A DNA stretch of 64,000 nucleotides from positions 1,222 to 65,221 of IMG/VR virus record IMGVR_UViG_3300035199_000798. One strand, given 5' to 3'. A program made the position numbers and the translations under genes. Under the pieces are notes generated by a model. It saw only the letters and a program-made list of their open reading frames with translations, searched no databases and was not told where the DNA came from. The stretch's first letter is position 1, and each line of letters begins with the position of its first letter. Shown piece by piece: positions 37,995-47,192 of this stretch. The stretch comes from a virus (lineage: Duplodnaviria > Caudoviricetes).

Positions 37995-39440
37995 ATGAGT
38001 TTAGACGATCTGGTAGAATCTTATTTTGCCAAGCGCGGATCCCCCGCGTTGGCCAACCTCACTCCCCTATATGAGCAGGCGCTTCAGGAGATGCTGAAAG
38101 AAAAGGCTACCCTGGACCCCGGCGAAGATTTGAATATAGATATCAAATTTCCTAAAATTCGCATCACCGAAGATTTCGGATCACTGGGGACCGAAGACCG
38201 CGCCATCATCGAAAAGTTCACGCGCAATATTAAAGGAGACACTCTCCAGGCCAAGATCGCTTATCTTAATAATATTTTAACAACAAAACAAGAAAACGCC
38301 ACCATTGGTGAGATCCTCTCGACGATGGTCGTATGTGAAATCTTGTCGGCTATCATCACTAACTTCACGGAATCGGCCGGAGGGTTTATTTTTGAAGGCT
38401 TCCTAGCAGGATTGTTTGGGGGCGAGTCTGTACAAATCACATCCCCCGAGGACATTGGTTCGGGCGCCACAGGGAAACCAATTACAGATGTGGTTTTGGC
38501 TGGGAAGCATTATTCTTTGAAGCTGCTGGGTGATCAAACTGAAGTGAAAGGTTCTTTCAAAAACATGGTTGAACACCTTAGAGACTATGACCACGTAATT
38601 TATTTAGACGCAAGGCGCATAGGGGGGACCGACGGGCTCCAATTTGGCGAGTTCACAATTACACTGGAGGGTTTCTTGGACATATTTGTTGTTCCGTTCT
38701 TGAAGACAGTTTGGCGAAAAGAAGCAGATAAATTTGAAGATGCGGTAGAATTTCAACAAAAAATGTCTGAATTGAGAGATTCAAATGTTGGTGTCAAGAG
38801 AATAATCTTTGGCAGGAAAGGGTTTTCAGAGGCAAAACCCGGCTGGGCCGCTTTTGAGTTTTCACCAAAAAGGGGGACGCTGCAAGAGGGACTAGTTAGT
38901 CCACAGGGAATGTCTCAATTAATAGACCAAATAATCAATGCAGACTCCAAAGAGTTACAGAATTTTGCTAACTTCGAGGTGATATATGCCGAGAGCAAAT
39001 TTGAAGGCACCAAGGCGGCAAAACTGTTTGGCTCTTATGCGGTGGTCGAGCAGCTACAAAGGGCAATCGAGAGTGGGAATAAAGAAGCGATATTTGATTC
39101 TTTGGAAAGAACCCCGGGATATCAACAAGCACAACAATTCGAATTCACGCGCAAGCAAGTTGAAGATAAGATTAAAAACTTCCAGGAGATTGGAACCTTG
39201 ATGATCGGCCCTAAATACATGAAGAGCACTTTTGCCATGTATGCTGAGCTACTCCAGGCAACCATTTCTCCCGTTTATGAACAACTCCAGTTTTTTACCA
39301 ACAACATTAATGATTATTTCTTAGGCGTTTCGAATGAGAGTGCCAAACAAGATCGCAAACAATATGCGCTAAACGCTATTGAGAACGCGAAAGGTCTTGA
39401 AGTGGCGACGACAAATGCTGTAGAAAAAATTGAAAAATAA
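37995..39440 (+). CDS. Hypothetical late protein (head-internal candidate; possible nuclease-like segment)
   Basis: 481 aa; CTAATTA 4 nt before the ATG; FEGFLAGL...ITDV..HYSLK. Confidence 0.65.
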   Translation: MSLDDLVESYFAKRGSPALANLTPLYEQALQEMLKEKATLDPGEDLNIDIKFPKIRITEDFGSLGTEDRAIIEKFTRNIKGDTLQAKIAYLNNILTTKQENATIGEILSTMVVCEILSAIITNFTESAGGFIFEGFLAGLFGGESVQITSPEDIGSGATGKPITDVVLAGKHYSLKLLGDQTEVKGSFKNMVEHLRDYDHVIYLDARRIGGTDGLQFGEFTITLEGFLDIFVVPFLKTVWRKEADKFEDAVEFQQKMSELRDSNVGVKRIIFGRKGFSEAKPGWAAFEFSPKRGTLQEGLVSPQGMSQLIDQIINADSKELQNFANFEVIYAESKFEGTKAAKLFGSYAVVEQLQRAIESGNKEAIFDSLERTPGYQQAQQFEFTRKQVEDKIKNFQEIGTLMIGPKYMKSTFAMYAELLQATISPVYEQLQFFTNNINDYFLGVSNESAKQDRKQYALNAIENAKGLEVATTNAVEKIEK

Positions 39441-39441
39441 C

Positions 39442-39470
39442 TTGACTTTCCTGTACAATTACATTATAAT
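39442..39470 (+). promoter_or_regulatory. sigma70-type promoter of groEL
   Basis: TTGACT-17 nt-TATAAT. Confidence 0.7.
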
Positions 39471-39487
39471 TTATAAAGAGGTGTGAA

Positions 39488-41065
39488 ATGAAGCTTTTTA
39501 AAGATTCGGTTGATTTGCGTGGCAAGTTAGAAAACGGCATACGCATCGTAGCAGAAAATGTAGCGTCCACGCTTGGCCCCAAAGGGCGCAGCGTCATCCT
39601 CCACCAAAAACACAAGAACCCCATTATCACGAAAGACGGCGTAACCGTCGCCCGATTTGTCGAACTGACAGACCCCATTGAAAACACAGGCGCTCAGATT
39701 GTAAAGCAAGCGGCCGAGAAAACTAACCAAGAGGCCGGCGATGGCACCACCACCACGACGGTGCTTACCTACGCAATGTACCGGGACGCCCAAAAATACT
39801 TAGTTGCTGGCGCTCCACCAACAGAACTACGGCGTGGGATGGAAAAGGCGGTTGAGTGGCTCGTGGCACAAGTTGAAGCAGACGCCACCCCCATTCAATC
39901 ACTAGAGGATATCGAAAACATCGCTACCATTTCTGCCAATGGAGACACAGTCATTGGAAAGATGATTGCAAAGGCCGTAGATTTGGCTGGCAAAGACGGC
40001 TCAATTAAAATTGAGGAAGCGCGCTCCCTTGAGACCACATTAGACTTAGTGGAAGGGTTTCGGTTCGACGCAGGCTATCTCGCGACAGCTTTTATTAACG
40101 ATGAGATGCGAGGGATTGTTAGCCACGAAGATCCTCTTATCCTTGTTACAGATGAGAAAATTGAAACCGTAGAAGAGATGATGCCCGCCTTAGAACTCGC
40201 TGCTCGCGAAGCGCGCCCTTTTATCATCGTCGCTGAGAACGTGGAAGGTCAAGCGCTGGCTGCTCTAATCATGAACGCTATGCGCGGCACGCTCCGTGTC
40301 GCGGCCATCAAAGCCCCACGCTATGGAGAAGAGCGACGCAACATTCTTAAGGATTTGGCACTTTCCGTGGGCGCAACCCTCATCAGCCGTGAAAACGGGG
40401 TGAGACTTAAAGAAGTCAAGTTGAACCATTTGGGGGAGGCCAAAAGCATTGAATCTGGTAAAAGAGGCACCACAATTGTCGGCGGCACCGGAAGCCTAGA
40501 AGACGTAGAAGGTGAAATTGAAAAGCTTAAAGCAATCCTTCAGGACACCGAGAATATGCATGAGTGCGAAAAGATTCAGGAGCGCATAACTCGTTTGTCG
40601 TCAGGGGTGTCAATTATTCGCGTCGGCGCAGCGACAGAGATTGAAATGGTAGAAAAGCGGCATCGCATCGAAGACGCCCTGGAAGCGGTCAAGTCGGCCC
40701 AGCTAGAGGGAATCCTTCCCGGTGGGGGCGCATTCCTCGTACAAAAATCGAAACATCTCTTCCAGAAGGCCAAGAGCACTGCTGATAACGAGTGGGAAGA
40801 GTTAGGGATTAAGATTGTGGAGAATGCGGTCCGCGAGCCCCTGCGCCAAATGGCTCGCAACGCAGGCCAATCAGGGGATTTAATTCTTTCAAAGCTTCTT
40901 CACCGACGCACGGGAGAAGGGTACAACTTTAAAACCAGTAAAATGACCAACTTACTTGACGCAGGGGTGATCGACCCAGCGCGGGTAACGCGCTGTGCGC
41001 TGCAGAACGCCGTGAGCGTTGCGGGAACCTTAATCACTTCTAATTACGCAATTGTCGAGGAGTAG
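39488..41065 (+). CDS. groEL: Chaperonin GroEL
   Basis: TLGPKGR, ITKDGVTVA, AGDGTTT, GFRFDAGY, GILPGGG, GVIDP; lacks the GGM tail. Confidence 0.96.
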   Translation: MKLFKDSVDLRGKLENGIRIVAENVASTLGPKGRSVILHQKHKNPIITKDGVTVARFVELTDPIENTGAQIVKQAAEKTNQEAGDGTTTTTVLTYAMYRDAQKYLVAGAPPTELRRGMEKAVEWLVAQVEADATPIQSLEDIENIATISANGDTVIGKMIAKAVDLAGKDGSIKIEEARSLETTLDLVEGFRFDAGYLATAFINDEMRGIVSHEDPLILVTDEKIETVEEMMPALELAAREARPFIIVAENVEGQALAALIMNAMRGTLRVAAIKAPRYGEERRNILKDLALSVGATLISRENGVRLKEVKLNHLGEAKSIESGKRGTTIVGGTGSLEDVEGEIEKLKAILQDTENMHECEKIQERITRLSSGVSIIRVGAATEIEMVEKRHRIEDALEAVKSAQLEGILPGGGAFLVQKSKHLFQKAKSTADNEWEELGIKIVENAVREPLRQMARNAGQSGDLILSKLLHRRTGEGYNFKTSKMTNLLDAGVIDPARVTRCALQNAVSVAGTLITSNYAIVEE

Positions 41066-41110
41066 ACTATTTAGGGTAGCGCATAAGGTGCTGTAGTACA
41101 GGGGACAAAA

Positions 41111-41392
41111 ATGGGTACAGATGACACAACAACGGCAGTTGCTTTAGCCGAAATGGCGGGCAAATTTGACACGATCATACAAAACATTGCGGCGGTGAAA
41201 GAAAAGCAAGAAGAGATGGCCGAAGATATCGTCCAAATTCGAGAAGCGGTGTATCACCCTTACCAAGGGCTTTATGCGCGCATGCGCGAGCTAGAGAATT
41301 GGAAAACTACGTATTCCCGGATGACATGGATTGTCTTGACGGCTCTTATAGGCATCGGCGCCACAGCGGGCTATGCCACAATTCTTTCTTGA
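41111..41392 (+). CDS. Coiled-coil protein with a C-terminal TM helix (holin/XhlA-like candidate)
   Basis: Helical N-terminus then WIVLTALIGIGATAG; CTATTTA upstream. Confidence 0.5.
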   Translation: MGTDDTTTAVALAEMAGKFDTIIQNIAAVKEKQEEMAEDIVQIREAVYHPYQGLYARMRELENWKTTYSRMTWIVLTALIGIGATAGYATILS

Positions 41393-41435
41393 CAACGCCC
41401 AACGCAGGTGCTATGATAAACAAAAGAGGTTTTTA

Positions 41436-41810
41436 ATGAAAGTTAATTTAAGTTATTCTGTTGAACTGGATGAAGTGTTAGCGGCCGTCGAGAGGCTCTA
41501 CGGCGAGGCGCGGCAAAAGTTCGAACAAAGCTACGGTGCTTTAACGACGGTATCCCCCCCGGCATTCGCCTTGGGGCACTTGGAAAGCGCTGTACGAAAC
41601 ATTGGAACAACGCAGGAGGCGCTGACAACATTTTCTGCTAAACTAGAAGAAATCCAAGGAATTCTGAGTGGATATCAAGGATTAATCCACAATCACATGG
41701 AGGCCAATCTGCCCCCGCCACCCGCGCCATGGCCCGAAGGCGCTCCCACCGAAGCAGCCCCGTCGGTACCCACTGATTCAGAAGAAGAGTCTTATGCGGA
41801 TGATGACTAG
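41436..41810 (+). CDS. Hypothetical protein
   Basis: MKVNLSYSVELDEV; TTGACA-17-TATGAT promoter at 41389-41417; GAGG RBS. Confidence 0.65.
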   Translation: MKVNLSYSVELDEVLAAVERLYGEARQKFEQSYGALTTVSPPAFALGHLESAVRNIGTTQEALTTFSAKLEEIQGILSGYQGLIHNHMEANLPPPPAPWPEGAPTEAAPSVPTDSEEESYADDD

Positions 41811-41811
41811 G

Positions 41812-42018
41812 ATGAAAGTTGGGGACCTAGTCTGGGTGCCTGATGGCACAATTGGGGATCGAGGATCCTATACGGTGGATATGCGCGGACCGCTACTGGC
41901 ACTCGTCAAAGCGCTTAAGCCTCAAAAGCTGCGCATTCTTGCTAATGTCGACGGCACCCAAGCGTCCCTTCTCGTGCGCCAGGAAGATGTATACGATATA
42001 GGAGATCTGTATGATTAG
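41812..42018 (+). CDS. MKVGDLV-family microprotein (SH3/KOW-like)
   Basis: Starts MKVGDLVWVP. Confidence 0.65.
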   Translation: MKVGDLVWVPDGTIGDRGSYTVDMRGPLLALVKALKPQKLRILANVDGTQASLLVRQEDVYDIGDLYD

Positions 42019-42283
42019 ACTAGTAGAAGTTGTAAAGCAATTTGATCGCTTTGATTTAAGAGAGGTGTTCGTGAATCCGCGCCATGTAGTATCGCTCAGA
42101 GAAGACGGACAAGCTCGTCAAGCGCTGACCGAGGGAAAACTCCCCGAGGGATTAGATCCCCGCCAAAACTTCACCAAGCTAACCCTGGATAAGGGCACCG
42201 TTGGTCTGGAATTGACCATTGTGGGATCCCCCTCGACGGTGGAGTCGAAACTTAAGAGTCAAAAGCAGGTGCTTAATGGGTAG
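42011..42283 (+). CDS. Hypothetical protein
   Basis: AGGAG RBS; VFVNPRHVVSLRED. Confidence 0.65.
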   Translation: MIRLVEVVKQFDRFDLREVFVNPRHVVSLREDGQARQALTEGKLPEGLDPRQNFTKLTLDKGTVGLELTIVGSPSTVESKLKSQKQVLNG

Positions 42284-42518
42284 CTACACCGTGTGGGCCA
42301 AAAGCGAATGCCCCTATTGTCATCGTGCACAAGCGCTGTTGTTAGAAAAGAAACTTCCTCACAATATTGTTTTGGTGGATCAAGAGCAAGCCCTTCTTCG
42401 AGAAGTCCAGCAAAGATTTGATTGGTCGACAGTGCCACTGATTGTGGAGAAGAGAGATAATGTTGAAATATTTGTTGGTGGCTTCACTGATCTTGTGGAG
42501 TACCTAGAAAGGAAATAA
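42276..42518 (+). CDS. Glutaredoxin
   Basis: CPYC, TVPLI, FVGGFTDL. Confidence 0.9.
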   Translation: MGSYTVWAKSECPYCHRAQALLLEKKLPHNIVLVDQEQALLREVQQRFDWSTVPLIVEKRDNVEIFVGGFTDLVEYLERK

Positions 42519-42520
42519 TT

Positions 42521-42925
42521 GTGATTCCGTGTACATTACGAAGATATCTTCGCCCCTACCACAAACATGATATAAAAGCGTCCCCGCGCTTTGGCCAGTA
42601 TGTTCAAAGCCTTTTTCATAGCGTAAAGGGCTACGGAAAAAAGTGCTGGGCAGTTAGTGTGGAAATTGATCTCGACTACACGGAGGCTTCTCAAGCTCAA
42701 TCCGACGAAGAGATTATTAAGAAGTGTATTGAATATCTCAATACCCCGCCAAAGAGCAAGTACGGAAAGAGGCGCCGCAGGCGCCCAATGTATGGAATCT
42801 TTAGAGACGCCCCTTATCGCTTCTGGGTCAAGCGCCCATCGGGGGAAAAGCCTTACATTCAAGCGCTCCTTTTAACAGGGACAAAAGAAAATAATAAATT
42901 CTGGGGGGAAGGCCCCCTTCTGTGA
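42521..42925 (+). CDS. Hypothetical basic protein
   Basis: 134 aa ORF within the operon. Confidence 0.55.
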   Translation: MIPCTLRRYLRPYHKHDIKASPRFGQYVQSLFHSVKGYGKKCWAVSVEIDLDYTEASQAQSDEEIIKKCIEYLNTPPKSKYGKRRRRRPMYGIFRDAPYRFWVKRPSGEKPYIQALLLTGTKENNKFWGEGPLL

Positions 42926-43266
42926 AAACTACCCTTATCGCGGTCACAAAAGAGGACATCACAAAGTATACTAGTGGCATTATCCGACGCCGCGCCCATG
43001 CGCTTCATCACTTAGAAGACCTTTTGCTAGATCAAGACCCTACGGAATGGCCCGAAAAGCTTGCTTGCCTGGGGGAGTTTTTTAATTTGCTTTTTCGTTT
43101 TGAGAATGCCTTAGAAGCTGTGGAGTTGGGGGGCGAATGGGTACCCCAAAAGAATTATTGGCTTGTTGAAGAGGACTTAGGCGCCGACCTGCTCCTTTAT
43201 ACGCAGGCACTGGCCTTTAGCACCGACGATCTTTTGCTCCATGGAATCAGCCTTTCTTTACATTAG
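42922..43266 (+). CDS. Hypothetical protein
   Basis: GTGA overlap coupling. Confidence 0.55.
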   Translation: MKTTLIAVTKEDITKYTSGIIRRRAHALHHLEDLLLDQDPTEWPEKLACLGEFFNLLFRFENALEAVELGGEWVPQKNYWLVEEDLGADLLLYTQALAFSTDDLLLHGISLSLH

Positions 43267-43341
43267 CCCTTGACATGCCCAAAACTTTTCCTATATTTTA
43301 CGTAGAGTTATTCATTGCCTTTGGAATGTTTAACTGGTTAA

Positions 43342-43358
43342 CTTGCTTATAAAAGGAG
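43342..43358 (+). promoter_or_regulatory. ROSE-like RNA thermometer hairpin over the hsp20 Shine-Dalgarno
   Basis: CTTGCTT-ATAA-AAGGAG: the U(U/C)GCU motif pairs with the SD, leaving a bulged G. Confidence 0.6.
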
Positions 43359-43365
43359 AAATATT

Positions 43366-43803
43366 ATGACTAACACAGCAATTACCTTACACCGCCCAAG
43401 TCTTTTGGGCTCTCGCGTCTTTGATGACGTCTTCGATAACTTTTTCAACGACTTCCCCACGCTCTTGCGCCAAACAACGCAAGGCTACCCCGTGGCCGAT
43501 ATTTACGGCAACGAGGACGGGGACACCGTACTTGAATTTGCATTGGCGGGATTCTCGAAAGAGAACCTTTCCATTGATGTTCAAACCGAGAAGCGGAGCA
43601 TTACTGTTCGCGCCAACACCAACCTAGAGGAAGGTGATGACGCGAACCGTCGCATTGCGCGGCGAAGCTTTGAGAAGACCTACGTCAATTATGATAACAA
43701 TCTTGATTTGTCTGCCATCTCAGCAGACTTTGAGAACGGTCTTCTAACTATCGTCGTTCCGCGACGGCCCGAAGCCAAACCTATCGCAATTAAAATTAAA
43801 TAA
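43366..43803 (+). CDS. Small heat shock protein (Hsp20)
   Basis: YPVADI, LEFALAGFSKE, RRIARRSF, ADFENGLLTI, C-terminal IxI motif. Confidence 0.93.
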   Translation: MTNTAITLHRPSLLGSRVFDDVFDNFFNDFPTLLRQTTQGYPVADIYGNEDGDTVLEFALAGFSKENLSIDVQTEKRSITVRANTNLEEGDDANRRIARRSFEKTYVNYDNNLDLSAISADFENGLLTIVVPRRPEAKPIAIKIK

Positions 43804-43827
43804 TTGTGAGCTGAAAAAGTATTATAT

Positions 43828-43866
43828 AGAGGGCAAGTTAAAAAAAGATAGCTTGCCCTCTTTTTA
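43828..43866 (+). terminator. Intrinsic terminator after hsp20
   Basis: AGAGGGCAAGTTA...TAGCTTGCCCTCT followed by a T tract. Confidence 0.75.
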
Positions 43867-43890
43867 TTAACTACCAAAACTATTTATAAT

Positions 43891-45612
43891 ATGCGCGACC
43901 TTTTCGAATCATTCCGACACTATAGCGACGCCTCCGACGAGCAACTTCTCATCGAAGGGCGCAAAGAAAACGCTGCCAAGAGATACCCCGAACTAGCCAA
44001 GAAACGCGACACCTTAGATGGCGAAAGCGTCCTCGACGTTCTCATTCAGGCCGACCCTTCGGGAAATCAAAAGTATCTGGAAGGCGCAGCAAAGATATTA
44101 AACAATTCGGTCCAAAATGCGGCCGAAAATGGCTACGAGATGTTCTGGGCAAAGAAGTGGCCCGACGCATCCACCGTCACGCAGACTGCCGCCGGCGATA
44201 CCGTAACGTCACCTACTGCTCCCCAAGACACAGACAACTTAATTTCACCGTATGGCATCGCGAGGAACATAGCAGATTTACTCCCGCGCTTTCACAAGCT
44301 CCAACCTTTCATCGCACCATCGCTACGAGACATCAATCAAATTGAGACTTACAGCTATCTCAGCCAAGCTGTTAACGTCGCCGAGCAAACACAGCAAGAT
44401 AAAGAACGCCGCAAGCAAGCCAAAGAGCGAGAAAAAGCAGAAGCACGTGAGGGATCTAGCGTCATTGCCGACAATGACTACTATACAATGATCCGCCCTA
44501 CGACAGCGGAAGCCTCCTGCTACTACGGCAAAGGCACTAAATGGTGTATTTCCTCAACCCAATCCGCCAACTACTTTGATGAATATACAAGCGAAGGAAA
44601 ATCGTTCTTCTTTGTTTTCTTTGCGAATATTTCTAATGAGAGCAAGTTTAAAAAGATCGCACTGGTAGTTGATCACGACGGCGATTACGACGAGGCCTTC
44701 GACGCAGAGGATAACAGTCTATACGTCCACGAAGTGATAGACGCCATCATTCAGAATATGCTTTATGAAAAACAAGATACAGGCGCTCTCGAAGCTTATC
44801 GCTATTTGGATAACAGCACGTGGCAGGATCCACTGCTCGACAAAGATAAAGAAGATTTTGTAAGAGTAGTAAAAGAGTTGGGGATCCCTTGGGACGAGTC
44901 GCTCGCCACCACACAGCGCGGCTGGGAAGACCAGGGAGAGCTAGCGGCGGCCGCCATTCAGGATAAGGCCAATCTCTGGTTCAGCGAAATGAAAGACGAG
45001 GCTCAAACAGACGCTCGCGAAAACCCAGCTGGCCCCAACGCGGAAGAATTTGTGAAGCTTCAAGACGCTTATCTCGAACAAGCCAACAACATTAGCGTAG
45101 AGTTACAGTTTCCTTATGATACCGGAGCTTCTTATACTATGTGGGAATCACAGGCTTATGTCGATGTCGAAGAGATTATAGGTAGCCACCCTCTCGTTAA
45201 AGAGAGGAGACTAAAGTGGCACATAAACCCCGAACAAACAACTGATGAACAAGATGAAGAGATAGAAGAAGCTGTTGAGGCAGCGCTTAAGTATGTTGAT
45301 ATTTGGCCCGACGAGGTAATTGGCGTGCGTGAACTCACGCGGGGGAGCACTTTGGAGTTTCATATAAGGATAGATAGTAAGGGAGGCTCCTTGGGCGATT
45401 TTGATAGCTTCCTCGACAACACCTTATACCAAGACAACAAGTGGGATGAGGGCTTTGTTGAGGGCCTGATCGAAGCGCTCGAAGAGAAGGGGCTAATTGG
45501 CCGAGACGAGAAAGAAGAAGAGTACTGGCCCGACCCCGAAGAAAAGAAACAACAACTCGAATTACCTTTAAACGAGTCAAAAAGGATTAAATTAATTATA
45601 CGGAGGAAATAG
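43891..45612 (+). CDS. Acidic late protein (head-internal candidate)
   Basis: CTATTTA 4 nt before the ATG; LFES, LLIEG and C-terminal LNES motifs; ASCYYGKGTKWCIS segment. Confidence 0.7.
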   Translation: MRDLFESFRHYSDASDEQLLIEGRKENAAKRYPELAKKRDTLDGESVLDVLIQADPSGNQKYLEGAAKILNNSVQNAAENGYEMFWAKKWPDASTVTQTAAGDTVTSPTAPQDTDNLISPYGIARNIADLLPRFHKLQPFIAPSLRDINQIETYSYLSQAVNVAEQTQQDKERRKQAKEREKAEAREGSSVIADNDYYTMIRPTTAEASCYYGKGTKWCISSTQSANYFDEYTSEGKSFFFVFFANISNESKFKKIALVVDHDGDYDEAFDAEDNSLYVHEVIDAIIQNMLYEKQDTGALEAYRYLDNSTWQDPLLDKDKEDFVRVVKELGIPWDESLATTQRGWEDQGELAAAAIQDKANLWFSEMKDEAQTDARENPAGPNAEEFVKLQDAYLEQANNISVELQFPYDTGASYTMWESQAYVDVEEIIGSHPLVKERRLKWHINPEQTTDEQDEEIEEAVEAALKYVDIWPDEVIGVRELTRGSTLEFHIRIDSKGGSLGDFDSFLDNTLYQDNKWDEGFVEGLIEALEEKGLIGRDEKEEEYWPDPEEKKQQLELPLNESKRIKLIIRRK

Positions 45613-46094
45613 TGTTTATATTTTTATGTATTGTCGGCGGTTATTTATACGCCACGTGGTTAGAATGGGCATTACATAAATATATTTTACACGGCCTCGG
45701 AAAAAAGAAAAATAGTTGGTTTAATTATCACTGGCATGACCACCACCAAACGTGCCGCAAAAATAAAAATGTAGATAAAAGTTATGCTAGTTGGCTGAGC
45801 CCATCGGTTCGCCGAGAGATCCTTTCGCTGTATGCTTTGAAGGTTGTCCACCTCCCCCTTTACTTTGTAATGCCTTGGTTTTATTACACAATCTGCTTCT
45901 GTGCGGTGCGTTATTTTTATATGCACCAGAAGGCACATCGCGATGTGGAGTGGGGCAAAAAGCACATCCCTTGGCACTACGATCACCACATGGGAAAAAA
46001 TCAAGATGCGAATTGGGGGGTCACTACGGCTTTGTGGGATATAATTATGGGTACGAGGGAAAAACATTATGATGAAAACGAGGTCCGCTCTTAA
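45612..46094 (+). CDS. Sterol desaturase / fatty acid hydroxylase family protein
   Basis: His boxes EWALHKYILH, HWHDHH, YMHQKAH, WHYDHH, then NWGV; TM segments. Confidence 0.85.
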   Translation: MFIFLCIVGGYLYATWLEWALHKYILHGLGKKKNSWFNYHWHDHHQTCRKNKNVDKSYASWLSPSVRREILSLYALKVVHLPLYFVMPWFYYTICFCAVRYFYMHQKAHRDVEWGKKHIPWHYDHHMGKNQDANWGVTTALWDIIMGTREKHYDENEVRS

Positions 46095-46347
46095 AAGAAT
46101 CCTTATCGCCACTATAATTGGCATGCTAGTATACTGGCTACTCCTGCCTGCCTGCGCTCACGCGAAGCCGAGCCCGCGCTCCAAGTTTTATAATTTTGAT
46201 GAACAAATGATTGATGGGCAAGTCCGCAAGCCCACCTATCTGTATATAAATGCTCGCGACAAGGTAAGATTTGAGAGACTTCTGAGTCTAAAGAAATCTT
46301 TTATGCGAAAATTGTTTAGCACAAGCAAGAATCCCGTCTTCAAATAG
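46069..46347 (+). CDS. Secreted CglF/GltF-like protein (copy 2)
   Basis: Signal peptide ending AHA; KFYNF.EQ.IDGQ.R.P..Y...R....F.RLLSLKKSF shared with 22338-22622. Confidence 0.65.
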   Translation: MMKTRSALKRILIATIIGMLVYWLLLPACAHAKPSPRSKFYNFDEQMIDGQVRKPTYLYINARDKVRFERLLSLKKSFMRKLFSTSKNPVFK

Positions 46348-46369
46348 CCTCCTCAAATCTAATTAGAGT

Positions 46370-46996
46370 ATGGATTACTCTCTCCCTGAAGAACACTTCC
46401 AGCAAAATATTGAAATTATTATTAATGACGTGCTCAAAGAGGAGGCCATTGCGTTGTTCATTACAGATGTTATAGTCAAAGAAGAGCAAGAGTTGTCCCT
46501 TATAGAGTGCATGCTGTGTCGCGACGAAGAATGTGCCCCTCTCTCCGCGAACGGCTCTGGAATTGCGGATGCGCTGTTCACCGCATTGGTGCGCCACTTC
46601 TCGGCGGAATTTTTGTGTTTGAGAAAAGTAGCTTTCGAGGATTTCAACCTCAAGGCCGACTTCAAGGATAGCGTCAAGGTCCATCGTTCTGATGCCACGG
46701 TGGAGGTGACTTTAGTCTTGAAGTCTTCCAATACACGCCGTCTTTATTTTCGCGCCAGTTCGCGGTCGCTGGTGTCAGCCGTTATCGAAGCTGTCCGTAA
46801 ATCTATTCAATTTTTAATTAATTGTGAAAAGACGGTAACAGAATTATATTTACATATTGAGGAGTTGCGAGAAAAAGGTCGATGGCGCGCCGAAGAAGTA
46901 CGGGTATTAAAATTAGCCGATGTCGTGCGCGTGGCAAACTTTGAAGAAACAATTAAACGAGTAAAATGGCAAACAAAAAAACACCTGGACTCCTAA
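46370..46996 (+). CDS. Stand-alone LeuA regulatory-domain-like protein
   Basis: ANGSGIADALFTAL...F.L.A...SDATVEVTL...S.SLVSA..EA resembles the IPMS allosteric domain. Confidence 0.5.
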   Translation: MDYSLPEEHFQQNIEIIINDVLKEEAIALFITDVIVKEEQELSLIECMLCRDEECAPLSANGSGIADALFTALVRHFSAEFLCLRKVAFEDFNLKADFKDSVKVHRSDATVEVTLVLKSSNTRRLYFRASSRSLVSAVIEAVRKSIQFLINCEKTVTELYLHIEELREKGRWRAEEVRVLKLADVVRVANFEETIKRVKWQTKKHLDS

Positions 46997-47166
46997 AAAT
47001 TGGAGACTTAGTAGTGTATAATTATCCTCCTAAGTTTATGAATTTAGGAGATGCGCTTCCTTATGGAATCGTAATGTCCACGGACGGCCTCTTTGCCAAG
47101 GTGGTCTGGTCAGACGGCGAAATATATTTAGAGAGCATCGTGGACTTGAAACTCATAAACAACTAA
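46966..47166 (+). CDS. MKVGDLV-family microprotein
   Basis: LKIGDLV..YGIV..KVVW.DG..LKLIN. Confidence 0.6.
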   Translation: MANKKTPGLLKIGDLVVYNYPPKFMNLGDALPYGIVMSTDGLFAKVVWSDGEIYLESIVDLKLINN

Positions 47167-47192
47167 TTATAATAAAGCCTTGGGGTGTGTGC

